A DNA stretch of 62,203 bases from NCBI GenBank assembly GCA_001938485.1, contig MQRK01247947.1, forward strand, positions 4,884 to 67,086, written 5' to 3'. Position numbers and translations under genes: made by a program. Shown here piece after piece: positions 26,951 through 39,839 of the stretch. The stretch comes from Girardia tigrina. Its lineage: Eukaryota. The notes under the pieces are model-generated. The model saw nothing but the letters and a program-made list of their open reading frames with translations, was not told where the DNA came from and made no database searches. The stretch's first letter is position 1. Each line of letters starts with the position of its first letter.

Positions 26951-27099
26951 TACATATTTATACAATAAACATATTTTAATAAAAAAACTTTAAATTCGAC
27001 ATTAAGAATAAACATTAAAAAACTGAAATAACTAAATTCATATCATTTTAAAAAACAGTCAGTTTTATGGACTGGTTGGAATGACAATTCAATCTCATC

Positions 27100-27520
27100 T
27101 CACCAGAAATTGAAATCAAAAAAAATAACAATGACAATACTTGACTTAACAAAATTTTCAGAATTTTTGATGCTTTTGAATTCAGGAATTAGGTGTAAAT
27201 GCTCGAAATCCAGACCATGACTAAAGGCATTTGAGCTTAAGTGCTTGCCAGATAGTACATTAATACTGATAGGGCAAACATAACCAACTTCAATTGACTT
27301 TCCTAGTTTATTTGGCTTTATTACAATTCCAGCTATAACTGAAAGAAGTAGTTTCATTCGATCTGCAAAAAAGAAATCATGATTATGCATATAAACACTG
27401 TATAACGCATGCATGACCACTGGGGCTTGTTGATGTGCAGCAATTAAACGTAATCGCACCCTTGTTCTGTCAACTGGGCTTAATGACAAACCTATTCTGG
27501 ACAAAAAGGAAGGATAATTC
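27100..27520 (-). pseudogene. Zator-like transposase fragment
   Basis: SPVDRTRVRLRLIAAHQQAPVVMH..HNHDF..RMKLLLSVIAGI..SGKHLSS resembles the DDKARV..PDHD..KLIPSVYAG..SGKH block as I recall it from Zator transposases. Confidence 0.55.
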
Positions 27521-27987
27521 TTCTAAATGAAGAATTAATGCTGTACAAAAACTATACATCGCACCACAACTTTTTTGAGTAACATTTGATTAATGTTTGT
27601 TTCCAAATTTTCACTCTATAATTCGTTTTATAGTGATACGAAATTCGCTTCGTTTTCTTTTTCTGTCACGCTTAACCCAAAGTCAATTATAACTTATACA
27701 CAGTTAAATATCCTTTCTTTATTATTTAAGGTGATTTTTTTGGGTTTTTGAGTGATCATTCAATTCACCTCGGTTCTGTACTTGATAAATAGTAGTACCC
27801 ATTTAAATCACTTAAGCAACACCTTTAAATATACATCGCACCACAACTTTTATCTGAACATACAACAACAAAATTATTTAGTGTATCGTCTGTTCACAAT
27901 ATCCAAACTCAGAAACCGGTTAAGCTCGAAATATTTTACGTGGACAGATTAGTTCTGATATCATAACTATAATTTTCATATATACGT

Positions 27988-28403
27988 TATTAACAACATC
28001 AATATGAGGATTACAACATTTATTAATATTACAAGCACATTCACTATTTGACATCTCTCTTGATCAATATTTTTTCTGCCTTCAAACTAATTAAATTCAA
28101 TAAATGAAAATCTGTTAATAGCAATTATTAATTATAAAGAATCTAATTGGTTAAAATTAAATCTAAACATTTTTTTAAAAAATAGAACATTAAATTAATA
28201 TATTAAAATTTTCAATTAGATTAAAAATAAATAATACATGCAATAATTATTTAAAAATCTTTTTACTTTAAAATTAAATAAAATTATTTTTAATTAGTAT
28301 GAATCAAAGAAAATATCAATCATCCATCTGTGTAGGAGAGGCACAATCCGAATCAACATTCTACATGCACAATATCAACACATAATTCAAAACATTCCTC
28401 ACA
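27988..28403 (-). mobile_element. Solo LTR (416 bp)
   Basis: TGTGAGG...GTTAATA on the minus strand; perfect TSD TACGT; closely similar to 30341-30757 and 51744-52155. Confidence 0.85.
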
Positions 28404-28761
28404 TACGTATTAATGTATTTTTTTCATTATTTGTTTTGTCTGATTATGATAGAAGATCCGTGGAAATAAATCACCTGTTTTGCTAAAAATTCGTTTGAAT
28501 TGTTTCTAATCAAATATACAAAGAAAAATTCGAATAAAAATATTTAAAATTTAAATTTAAATCCTAAAGGAAAGTTATATTGTAACAAACCGATCATCCG
28601 ATACCTCAATCAACCATCTGAGTCAGGAGAGCCTTCAAGACTTAAGATTAACACACCACAAATAAAATTAAAAGGTTTAATAATAAAAACAAATCAGAAA
28701 ATTGTAATATATTATATTTGTTTAATATTATGCATTTTGATAAGTTTGTAAAATAAAAGGT

Positions 28762-29801
28762 CTAAATTTGTAAAAACGGATGATTCAACACTTCTTCCGC
28801 GGTGATTCTTTTTTCCGGATCAACAACAAATATTTTAGAAATCTAAATTAAAATTTTTAATATTATAATTATTGGTAATAATGTTTAAAATACCAGATCT
28901 AATGCTTGTTGAGACAACTTTCCATAATCTTTCACTTTAATCGAGTATCTTCCTTCCATGATGTCCGCGTACGTATGTTCTATTTCAGTGCGTTGGTATG
29001 GAAAGTAACCTAAAAGCAAGAAAAACATAACGACCCCAGCAGACCAAACGTCTGTCGGTTTGCCAAATATATATGTTTGATAATTCTGCATTTTATCCGC
29101 CATTTCCGGTGAAAGATACATAGGTGTTCCCCTCACAACTAAATTTTATTATTGTCTAGAGATATCATTATCACAGTAAATGCTTACATTTTCGGTCGTA
29201 AAGATCGTCGTTGCGAACAGACAGTTCAAAGTCGATCACTTTTATGTTGTCTTCATCGTCCAGTAAAATATTCTCCAATTTTATATCTGCGTGAATTATG
29301 TCTATCGAATGCATAAAATTTATTGCCTCGAATAATTGGCGGGTGATTTGTTTAGTTCGAAGTTCTGAAAATTGTCCATTGTTGCGACCGTAGGTTGCCA
29401 AGTCTCCATTTTTACAACTATGTTAAACGGAATTAGTAACATGAAGAATTACAAAAGCTACTTACACATCCATGACCATGTAAATCTTATCTGCAGTTTC
29501 AAAATATTCGTAAACATTAATAATGTAAGGATGAGCAAGACAAAGTTTCAACATATTATATTCAATGCGTGAATTCGAGATTATGTTTTTTATAGTATTT
29601 CTATTTCCTTGTATGGCGGTTACCTTTACTGCGAATTGTTTCTATTTAATTAATATAAAATTTATTTTTTAAATGTGGAATACTCACGTTAGTCGAAATT
29701 TCTGTACACGTGTTTACCGTTTTTGAACTGCTTATGCCGATCAGATCACCACAAGTATATCTTGCATTAAATTGGTTTTGTACTGTAGAATTGTTGGACA
29801 T
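28762..29801 (-). CDS. Kinase paralog K3, 281 aa; exons 29801-29688, 29641-29466, 29417-29188, 29138-28894, 28842-28762
   Basis: Spliced open frame (introns 46, 48, 49, 51 nt) with FAVK, RIE, HADIKLEN, DFE, SPE. Confidence 0.9.
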
Positions 29802-30340
29802 TTTAATTATTAAAATTAGTTTTTGTGATAAATATATAATAATTAATTTCTTTAAATAAAGATCTATTACATAATCGATATTACACAACTGAATTTTTAG
29901 AATATTATTTTTTCCGGATTCTCCTTTACAAGGTTTGGTCATAATAGTTAAATTGTAAATAACAATAACAATTCGATCGATTGAATTTTTTGAAATTTAT
30001 ACAATACTAACATTTATTATCACCGATAATAATTACAACTATACCCACATCATTATTTTTTTTCATGTTATAATTTTTAATTTTAATAAATAATGATTGA
30101 TCATGCAATTTTATTTTCCGCGGATTTTTCATTGTTCCGCCGGATTCAGCGGCCGTGGAATTGATGGGTTCCTGATTACGTTGTTGTTAAACATGTTTTA
30201 AACTTTCTGTGTAATATTAGAATCTGTTAGCAGCATTAATATTATTTTTACAACTTAAAGTTATCTCGACCTCTCTAACATTTCTATAACACACACTTCT
30301 GCACACTAAAACTAAAAATGCATTTTTTTCAATTTGCAAT

Positions 30341-30757
30341 TGTGAGGAATGTTTTGAATTATGTGTTGATATTGTGCATGTTGTATGTTGATTCGGATTG
30401 TGCCTCTCCTACACAGATGGATGATTGATATTTTCTTTGATTCTTACTAATTAAAAATAATTTATTTTTAATTTTAAAGTAAAAAGATTTAAAATAATTT
30501 TTTGTTTTTAATGTTTTGTTTTTTAATGTAATTTAAAATTTTAATATATTAATTTAATATGTTCTTTTTAAAAAAATGTTTAGATTTAATTTTAACCAAT
30601 TAGATTCTTTATAATTAATAATTTTTATTAACCGATTTTCATTTATTGAAAATAAATAGTATGAACTCAGAAATATATTGATCAAGAAAGATATCAAATA
30701 GTGAATGCGCTTTTGATATTAATAAATGCTGTAAAGTTCATATTGATGTTGTTAATA
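30341..30757 (+). mobile_element. Solo LTR (417 bp)
   Basis: TGTGAGG...GTTAATA; TSD GCAAT/GCAGT. Confidence 0.82.
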
Positions 30758-30959
30758 GCAGTATACACAACTTTACAATTTATTAAGGCCCTTTTACATT
30801 AATTAAGAACGCTAGGTATTTTATTTAAATCATAATTTCGGAAATATAGAATTTTCGAATAAAAAAATTAAGAAGTAAGATTTATTTTATAAATTTATTA
30901 ATTTACATTTACTTTACAATTTATCTATCTTCGTCAATGTCAATTTTCATAAGGGATGA

Positions 30960-31290
30960 CGGAAAATATTTTTTATATGGCGATAATATTATTAAAGATT
31001 ATAATAATATATTAAGCCGGGCAACAGGTTCTGTCCCTGAAAATATCTCATTTTGGAATTTCCTGGCCCTAATGTTAACGGCGATCGAGCACTTAATTGA
31101 ATCCCTTCCATATAGTTCAGAGTGACAATGTTTGTATGTATAGAAGCGTTGTCATGTACGAAATAGTGTTTGGTGAGGGGAAAGTGGTGGACGAGTGCAG
31201 AAAGAGATTCTTGATATTTCTCTCGATTCAAACCTTTCAAATTACTTGTCCACTTGTAGAGATTGCCATGACGAGGGCAATATTTTTTAT
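30960..31290 (-). pseudogene. Tc1-like DDE transposase fragment
   Basis: YFVHDNASIHT, ARSP. Confidence 0.6.
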
Positions 31291-31467
31291 TTATATTTTT
31301 GAAAATTAATTTATTTTAATTTTACAAATGACCGTAGTAAAACTTTAAGTGACCCAAATCAATATAAAGAAAATTGTATGATGTATGTTTTTTATTTATT
31401 AATATAAATTCACTTATTCAATTTAGTAATGCCCCTATAACTTGTACACAGGTGTATTAAACTTAGT

Positions 31468-32097
31468 ATGCCTAAGATTTTGAATAAAATATTCGCAAAA
31501 GACCGAGGAGCAGTGTTTGAAAAAGATAATTTTCACAGCGATATACGAATTCTCTTCCGTTCATTTTGTAACAAGACTGTTGATCATATATTATGTCAAA
31601 TCATCACAGATCATCTCAACAGCGCCAAGCATCAAGAAGTTACGCTGAAAAGTCAGGCAGATACTTCATCGAGTGGGCAAGCTAAGAAGCAGTGTACGGT
31701 GACTACATTTTTTGAACAGCAAGTCACTGCTAAAGCGCAGAGTGATAAAGTAGCTCATGATTTTCTGGGCATACTCGTGAACGCTAACATCCACATTAAA
31801 AAAAACCAAGCATCCGATGGTCTACCAATTTTTATCCACACATGTAAAAGGTGGAAATACTGTATTTAAATCGGATTCTCTACGCCTTTACTCTCTGCCT
31901 GCCTTGATTGAGGAGCATGATGCAAAGTTCGGTAGATGAATGAATCGTAACACATTCCTCATCATTACCACTGATGAAAGGATAGATTTCAAAAAATGCC
32001 CCGTCTTTAACATACTATTCCAGGTACTGTGCCCCGCAGACCAACTTACAGGCGGCTTTGATGTACTGTCCAAACCATTGCTAGTTAAAACGGTTTA
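31468..32097 (+). pseudogene. CGGBP1-like/hAT transposase N-terminal relic
   Basis: LFRSFCNKTVDH..I.DHLNSAKH zinc finger, NANI, TDERID..VFNIL; fused to a gypsy RT at ~32098. Confidence 0.6.
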
Positions 32098-34791
32098 CAT
32101 CGACATTCCCAGAATTGATGATATTTTACAATTCACAAATAAAAAGAAAGTATTTGCCACAATTGATTTGGAAAAGGTGTATTTTCAGATACCCATAGCC
32201 CCGGAAGACATTGAAAAAACGGCAGTCAGCACCCTTTTTGGCATGTTCGAGTTTTTATACATGACTTTCAGTCTTCTTAATGCCCCTGCAACCTTCCAGA
32301 GAACGATAGACAACGTTCTTCGAGCGTATCCGTTTGCAGTACCCAATTTGGATGACATACTCATCGTCTCAGACTCGGAGGAAGAACACACCAACCAAGT
32401 TGTAGAAATTTTGTCGGCTTTACAACGGGCTAATCTATCAATCAATCGGAAAAAAATGTCGATTTACTATGAAAGAAGTGGAATTTCTCGGATACGCAAT
32501 CAGTACGTATATGGCTTACTATTCAAGTGCATCATCACTTTTTTGATATTCTGATTTCTTCTGTCTCTAAAATCGATGTGCATTTTGTGTAAATTTGCAC
32601 ATTATGCTAATTATAGGAAAATGTTATCAATATATGATATTTCTAATTGCAAATTCAGATAGAGAATTAAAATGTGCACTAAACACATGATATCGATTTT
32701 TGACACTAGCACTTTTAAAAATTTCATGTATTGAGTTTTGCACTTTTGCACATGTGCAACATAAAAAGAACTGTGATAGTACATTTGAAATGTGCGGCAC
32801 AACGTGCACTATCTATTAGCACTTTAAAAGTATCGATTAACACACTTGTGCGCTGTGCAGCGATCGATTAGCACTTTTTTCTACGGTTGCCATGGCAAGG
32901 GTAACGGTTGCTATGTATACGGTAACCGTTATCATGGTTACAAGCGCCTTGAATCACTGTATCCGTTGCTGATGAAAAACGTCCTTGGTTACCGTTGTTA
33001 TGGGAGCCGAAACCGTTACTAGGGGCCCGGGAACCAATCAGAAGTGTTTCCAAGGTACCGGGGACCAATCGGAACCCTTGCTAGGGTGATCGGAACCGTT
33101 GCTATGGTAACCGTGACCGCTGCTAAGGTGATCGCGACCGTTGCTATGGTAACCGGACCCGTTGTCATGGCAACGGGTGACGGCACCACCCCGGGGGGTC
33201 AATTATCGATTGAGTGCAAACATACAGTTTCCCCCTACTGGCATGGTTGAAATGACATTCGATAACGAAGGAAGCGTTTCACGAAACTCAATCCGCGTCA
33301 ATGACGGTCATGGAACTCTCCTCATATGATTATTCTCAACCACTCATTCTGCGGTTGGACGCTTCCGGAACAGCGGTGGGAGCGGAACTCGAACAAAATG
33401 GTAAACCTTTATATTTTTTAGTAGACAGTTATAGGCATGCGAAAAACGCTACAGTACGTACGATCGAGATTTACTGGCCATATATAAAGCCTGCAAACAT
33501 TTCCGGCCCCTTCTGGAAGCTATTATTACGACAGTTTTTACAGATCACCGGCTTCTCTCGCACAACCAACCAAAATATCCAATAAACCATCACTGGAGAA
33601 CCTTCAGTTCATATCAGAACTAAACTGTACCATTGAATACTGCCCAGGTCACACAAACACAGTGGCCGATTCGTTATCTAGAAACAAAATCATGCAAATG
33701 GATGCCTCACAAAGCAACGCATTTCCTTGGCCGACGCAAGTCATTTCAGCCAAACAACGAACAGAGTTAAAGAAGGATTCGGACGAATTATGGATGAAGA
33801 ATAATAAGTTAATATTACCGCCGTCACTTCAGAAAGAAGCTTTTCAGATGCACCATCAGGGTGGTCATCCAGGCATCAAAAGTACCATAGAACTTATCGC
33901 TCGATCGTATACATGGCATCAAATGACGAATGACATTCAGAAGTAGTGTCAGAAATGCCAAGAATGTGCGAAAGCTAAAATTCATCAATACATTAAATCA
34001 AAGATCATGCAACTTCCAGCAGCGAGCAGATTCAACGCAATTCACATGGATATCATAGTACCGCTTCCAGTTATAAACGGTAAGGTATTTATATTAACCG
34101 TAATAGATCGTCAGACATCGTGGCTAGAGATAATACCGGTCAAGAACATAACAGCTGAAACAGTAGTAAGAGCCTTGGTCGAAAACTGGATATCTAGATT
34201 TGGTATTCCGGTCGAAATAGTGACCGACAGGGCCACTCAGTTCACTACTTCTTTCTTCTAGGAATTAAGCAAACAGTTAGGCATTAAATCCATTCAAACG
34301 ACGGCATACCCCCCACAATCCAACTGAAAGGTGGAAGGACTTCATCGCACCATGAAAGCGACAATTATGGCAATAACGCTACAAAACAAAAAATATGGAT
34401 TCACGAACTGCTCTCGGTGGCGTTTTGCTTACAGAATTGCTCGGATGCCAATGGACTGTCACCCACCTAAAAAGTAAACGGGGCTAATCTCTCCATGCCC
34501 GGGGCTATATTCAAAGTGTCGATGGAGTGCATAGGAAACATTGCGGTAAGTGGAAAAATAGTCAAACGAATATTTCAGAACGACGTAAAAATTCCGAAAT
34601 CAATCGAGGACTGTGAGTTCGTGTATATAAGGAAACATACCGAAGTCTCGCTCGAAACCCCCTATTCTGAACCGCATAAGGTAAAGCAGAAGTGTCGCAA
34701 ATACTTCATCATGCATGACTAGACATCAGTATCAGTTGATCGACTCAAACTGGATTTCATTTTCACCCATAGTGTTTCTGAGAGGGGAGAA
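32098..34791 (+). pseudogene. Gypsy pol relic (RT, RNase H, integrase) with PPT
   Basis: IPRIDD, FATIDL..YFQIP, NAPATFQR, NLDDIL, LDASG, ADSLSR, H..GHPG..C..C, HMDI, TDRATQF; PPT gagaggggaga at ~34780. Confidence 0.9.
32505..33212. repeat. 708-bp insert in the RT, with TGCAC-rich repeats, a 21-bp X-box array and a CCCCGGGGGG palindrome
   Basis: The RT frame (EFLGYAIS|ANI) is interrupted and AGT is repeated at both junctions. 14-mers such as GTTGCTATGGTAAC occur at 32886, 32907, 32928, 33077, 33098, 33119, 33140 and 33161. Confidence 0.75.
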
Positions 34792-36059
34792 ATTTAATGA
34801 TATAATTTAATTTCATAAAATTAAATTATACATTAAAAAAAGAAAGTAAAAGAAATTAATTATTTCTTGTTTAAATAAACCAATTTTCATAAAAATACTA
34901 TGTTGAATACCTTTACTTTGTCTTCCTAATAATTTCAGTTTAGGAGTACGGAGAATCACAACAAGATGGCCACCCCAAATTTGAAGAAAATGTGTCATCT
35001 AATCACGGTGCGTATCTGAATTGGTTTTTGCAGTTGTTTTCCTTTTATATACAGGGATCGTCTGGCGAGCGTCTAATCGATCAATCGGTCGTGTTACTGA
35101 CAGTCTATTTGCATTCTGACCTTCTGGTCTTCCGTAAGCAATTGAGATGAAGATCGCACTTTCCCACATTCGGGTTCTCATGGACGTCACTGGGATCAAC
35201 ATGCTTTAGTTGTCGATTGAAGACAACCGCCTCCATAGTTGCAACAGGTTCGTCACTGCTTGTAACCACGGTTGCCAACCCGTCCAATTCATCCACTTTC
35301 CACGTCTTCTCTCCTCACTGATCGGATAAAAATTCTGCATCGCCTTCGATTTACCGTCTGAGTCTGTAGTCACTCACTTATCATCTTCTCGTGCCTTTCA
35401 CTTCTCTGCAGGGCAGAGATCTGGTTCCACGCAACGATAAATGAGTGGTTATTTCGGCGCGCTTATTCACCCGATGTGCATCCGCAATCGATCGTCAGAT
35501 TTAAAGCCGTCCACGAATTGAGCACTTTGCCATCAACTAGATCCCATCATAAATCCCCACGACCCGCTTCTCGATCGACTTAATGTCCCCGCGATCTGTT
35601 CCTTGATAGCCTGATCTTCTTCAAACACGATTACTCCGGTTGCTGTGGTCAATATCGGGCGCATTTCACCGTGCACAACACAACCCAAATCCAAACAGGC
35701 CGAACATGAGCGCCCTCAACTCCTATCTCTCCATGCTCTCGGCAAACAGCACGAATTGCCCTCGAGATCTTCTTCAAAAACAGAATATACTCGAGACCAA
35801 ATGCGGTGAGATGCATTCGTCATCTAACCCAATTCCTCGACCACCTCGTGTTCTCCACGGATTGTCCTGCCGTTCCCGACCACGATCGTGCCGTCCCCCT
35901 AGATCCTCCGAATCGCCTCCGAGGTAAAACAGTAAAACGCACCACTACCGGCCTCAACATCCCTATCAGACTGGCCACAACACTTCCAACCGGAAAATAT
36001 CACGCGGTTTCTTGTCAAACCAATGTAGAAGATCTTCGTTTATATCGTTGACATCGGCA

Positions 36060-37176
36060 TAATTCCTTGCTCTAAATGCACATTTCATTGGAGAGAATAG
36101 ATATTAGTCAAATGGGGAGAGATCAGGGGAGTATGGTAGATGTGGTAGTACAGTGAATTCAGCTTGTCCTTGGTCTTAGCAGCCGTATGCGGACAAGCAT
36201 TATCGTGGAGATAATGAACATTGTGGTTTCCTCCATTGAGAAACCGTCTGCGCCTCTGCTGTACGGCGATAATGAGACAATCCAGCTGAGTACAGTATAC
36301 ATTGATTGTAGCTTTTGGAGGTAAGATATCTAACAAGAGCAGTCCTTTACTGTCCCAAAAGACGGAGGCGAGATGCTTTCGATTTATCAGTCTTAGTACC
36401 GGTGTTGCAAGTGGGTTTTCATCTTATTTTCTCCATGATCTATTGTTGAAAGCACCTTCGTTGTTTCAGTAAACCCGTATCTTATCACAGGTGATGATTT
36501 GGGACAGGAAATCATTCCAGTGATAACTATCCAAAAGCTGTTGACAAATTCTTTTGCGATTATTCTTGTTCTATTGTGTTAGAGCGTGTGGTAGCCAGCA
36601 ATTTTCCAGGTATCGGTATCCCATTGCATTCAAGTGCCGGCACACTGTGATTTTATCCTGATCCATTCCCTCTGCAATGTTCCTCGTTGTTGCACGTTTG
36701 TCTTCAGTCAGAAACTCGATTATCTTCTCGTCTATGTCAAGAGAGGGCCGCCCTTCGCGGACTTGATCGTCTGTGTTAAGGTTGTTTTCACGAAAATTTG
36801 AAATCCAACTTTTATATGTTTTCTTTGAGACTGTTCCAACCACAAGGGCCGTGGTAATTTTGTCAGTCATTTGTGAGGGTTTTAAATCACTTTTCCAGCA
36901 ATAGCAAAATTAATTTACGAATATCAGAGCTATTAAAATCCCTTAGGTTGATGGAAATGTGCGAAATTTATGCAAATGCTATTATTTTATTAAAACAAAA
37001 ATTCATTTAGTACAGAGAAGAAAATTTTTTTGCCATAAGTAGATCACAAATGCTACTTTATCTAATCCAAATTTTATTAGGGGTTGCAAATATGTAAGAA
37101 TTATTTATGTGATGCAAGGATATCAGCAGTTAACATAGATATATGTGTGCAAAAAAACTTATGAGGCAACCCTATA
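36060..37176 (-). mobile_element. mariner element, decayed and 3'-truncated
   Basis: REGRP, WLPHALT, IITCD, LHDNACPH, PYSPDLSP; TIR tatagggttgcctcataag. Confidence 0.85.
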
Positions 37177-38487
37177 TAATTTTAATAGGTCATTTAATAT
37201 GTTGAAAGAAACAATGTTATCAACATGGTGATAAAAATAAAACAAACACTTAATGTTTTTCAACGAGTGGCACTCACGCACTTTGTACTTATCGAAAAGC
37301 CTTAGTATGAACGTTGCTTCGGAGTTTCGACTTGTTTATACGTGTAATTTATTTTCACATTATTATTGCTTCTTCAAAGCATATAAATATATCAAAATTA
37401 TGTTTCTCTATTTTTAAATATTTTATTTTTATTATTTTCTCCTTTTAACTTTGCAAAGAATATTTAGAATTTTGTATGTTTTAATTGGTTAAATGTTTGA
37501 CAAAACACCATGGTGTTTTCATATTCTTAATGTGCATGATGAGTACTTGTTCGAGTCTGATTTACTAATTTACTGATTTTAATAAGTTTTATAATGAAAA
37601 CACTTTTTGTTATTTACAATTTAATTTCATAGAAATTCTATTTTACATCCTTTTCTCTATCTACCCTTTTAAATATTAAATAATTTTTAATTATTTTAAT
37701 TAGTATTTGTTTGAATTGTAATATAAATTTTATTCTCTTTAACAAACTCTGTGAGAAGTGGTTGACACATCAATATCAGAATTCATTTTTTTAACACCAA
37801 AATTTATTATTATAACAACAATTCACATATTTAAACAATTTTTTCTGTTAATTTAATTATCTCGGCACAAATTAATCTATTAAAGTTTTTCGATTCAATT
37901 TTTAAAATCTTGTAAATATATTAAATAATTTTCACATTATAACTAAAAAATTATTTTAAAATTTATTTAAAATTGTTTCATAACTTCTATTAAAATATAT
38001 AAATTGTTATGACTGTAAAAATATTTTTATTTATAAATAAATATTTAATATTTAATGGTTTTCTTATCATTTTTAATTTTAAGATATTTAATAGATACAT
38101 TAAAGAGATATTTTTTTATTTTTAAATAGATATTTAATTTTTTATGATTTTCTATTATTATATCATTTTTGATTTTTAAAATATTTAAAAAAACACATTA
38201 AAAAATTTTAATTTTAAATATTTATTTGATTTTTTAATCGTTGTTTTATTACATCATTTTTAATTTTAAAATATTTAATAAGCATATTAACATTAAAATA
38301 TTTTACCTTTTAAAATTAAAAAAAATTATAAATTATTCTGGCGAGATGCAAATTTAAATTAACCCCTCATAAACTCAATTAAAATTTGTCGACTATTTCC
38401 GAAAATAAAAATTACGTAATTGTTGTTACGAAATATATTTATATAAATAAAATTTAACCTAATTAACTATTATTAAAACTAATTTAA

Positions 38488-39514
38488 ATGTCTAATTTTA
38501 CTCATAATTCCGACTCACCAAAACAGTTTCATGAAAGATATCGTTTAGATAAAATAATGGCAAATAGTGATTTAACCATGGTATATTCGTGTATAGAAAT
38601 GTCGACTAATGTATGTTTTTTAAAAGTTATCATTGTAATAAACCTAAGTTTACTAAATAGAAAAAATTTGCGGTAAAGATATATAAATTACAAGGCGAAG
38701 AAAACATGCGAAATGGAATGATCTCAAACTCCAGATCAGAATATCAAATTACAAAGTTTTGCTCAGATCATCCTTATATCATTAATGTTTATGAATATAT
38801 GGAAAACGAAGAATATGTGTATTTAATCATGGATTTGTGAGTAAATATTATATTTCTTGCCTTTTACTATATTGTTTAACATAGTTGCAAAAACGGAGAC
38901 CTGCTATCCCACATTAAAATATTCAGAAAATTACCAGAAAGTCAATTTAAAAGAATCCTTCGCCAGTTATTCGAAGCGATACGTTTCCTCCACGCAAATG
39001 ACATAATTCACGCGGATATCAAGTTGGAAAACATTTTAATTGATAACAGAAACAATATAAAGATAATCGACTTTGAGTTGTCGCTTCACAATGACGATTT
39101 GATCAAACGAAAAAGTAGGATTTTATATTTGACAAATAAAATTTTGTAACACATTATATTTAGTTGTAAGAGGGACTTCCGATTATCTTTCACCGGAAAT
39201 GGCGAATAAATTAATTAATCGTAACAGACAGATATTTGGTCTGCTGGGGTCGTCATGTTTTTCTTGATTGTAGATTACTTTCCGTTCGAAGGAAACACAC
39301 ATGAAAAAATGTACGCAGATATTATAGTTGGGATATATTTGATCAAAGATCGTTTAAGGATGTCTCCTGAAGCATTAGACTTGGTATTTGATATATTATT
39401 TCATATTATGATGATATTAAAAACTACATTTAGATTTCTAAAATATTTGTTGTTGATCCTAATAAAAGAATCTCAGCAGATGAAACGTTGAGTCATCCAT
39501 TTTTAAAGAATTAG
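38488..39514 (+). pseudogene. Kinase paralog K4 with a 19-nt frameshifting deletion in exon 4; exons 38488-38610, 38661-38836, 38885-39114, 39164-39383, 39434-39514
   Basis: Same intron positions; FAVK, RSE, HADIKLEN, DFE, SPE. The frame jumps from QIFG to TDIWSAG at 39228-39240. Confidence 0.85.
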
Positions 39515-39839
39515 AACTTTTATATAACAAGATTATGAAAAGTAAATGTATAATAAAAATATAATATAATATAGAAAATATTGTTTTCATTTATTATTAA
39601 CATGGATCGTTATATTTCTATAAATCTAGAGTTGTTTTACGAATAGAATCCTCTCCTTACTCTTATGGTTGATTGAGGTATTTAATGATCGGATTCAACA
39701 TTAATTAAAAAGTAATTAAAGTAAAATCGGAGATAAATGTGTGAAGGATCGTGTAACCACTGTTGTAGGTTCAAGTATAAAATAAGATAAATTACATCCG
39801 CTGATAATTTGAAAATCAGTGCACCCTTGAGCCTTCCGA

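Noticed and set aside
27988-30757. Kinase K3 flanked by inverted ~416-bp repeats, resembling a composite transposon
   Set aside because: Each repeat has its own 5-bp TSD (TACGT; GCAAT/GCAGT), so they are independent solo-LTR insertions.
31940-32554. 204-aa ORF as a novel hAT-RT fusion protein
   Set aside because: Chance in-frame junction of two decayed elements; the RT has NLDD instead of YLDD and is interrupted downstream.
32880-33180. CRISPR-like array
   Set aside because: 21-bp period with only ~7-nt linkers, degenerate units, eukaryotic context and no cas genes.
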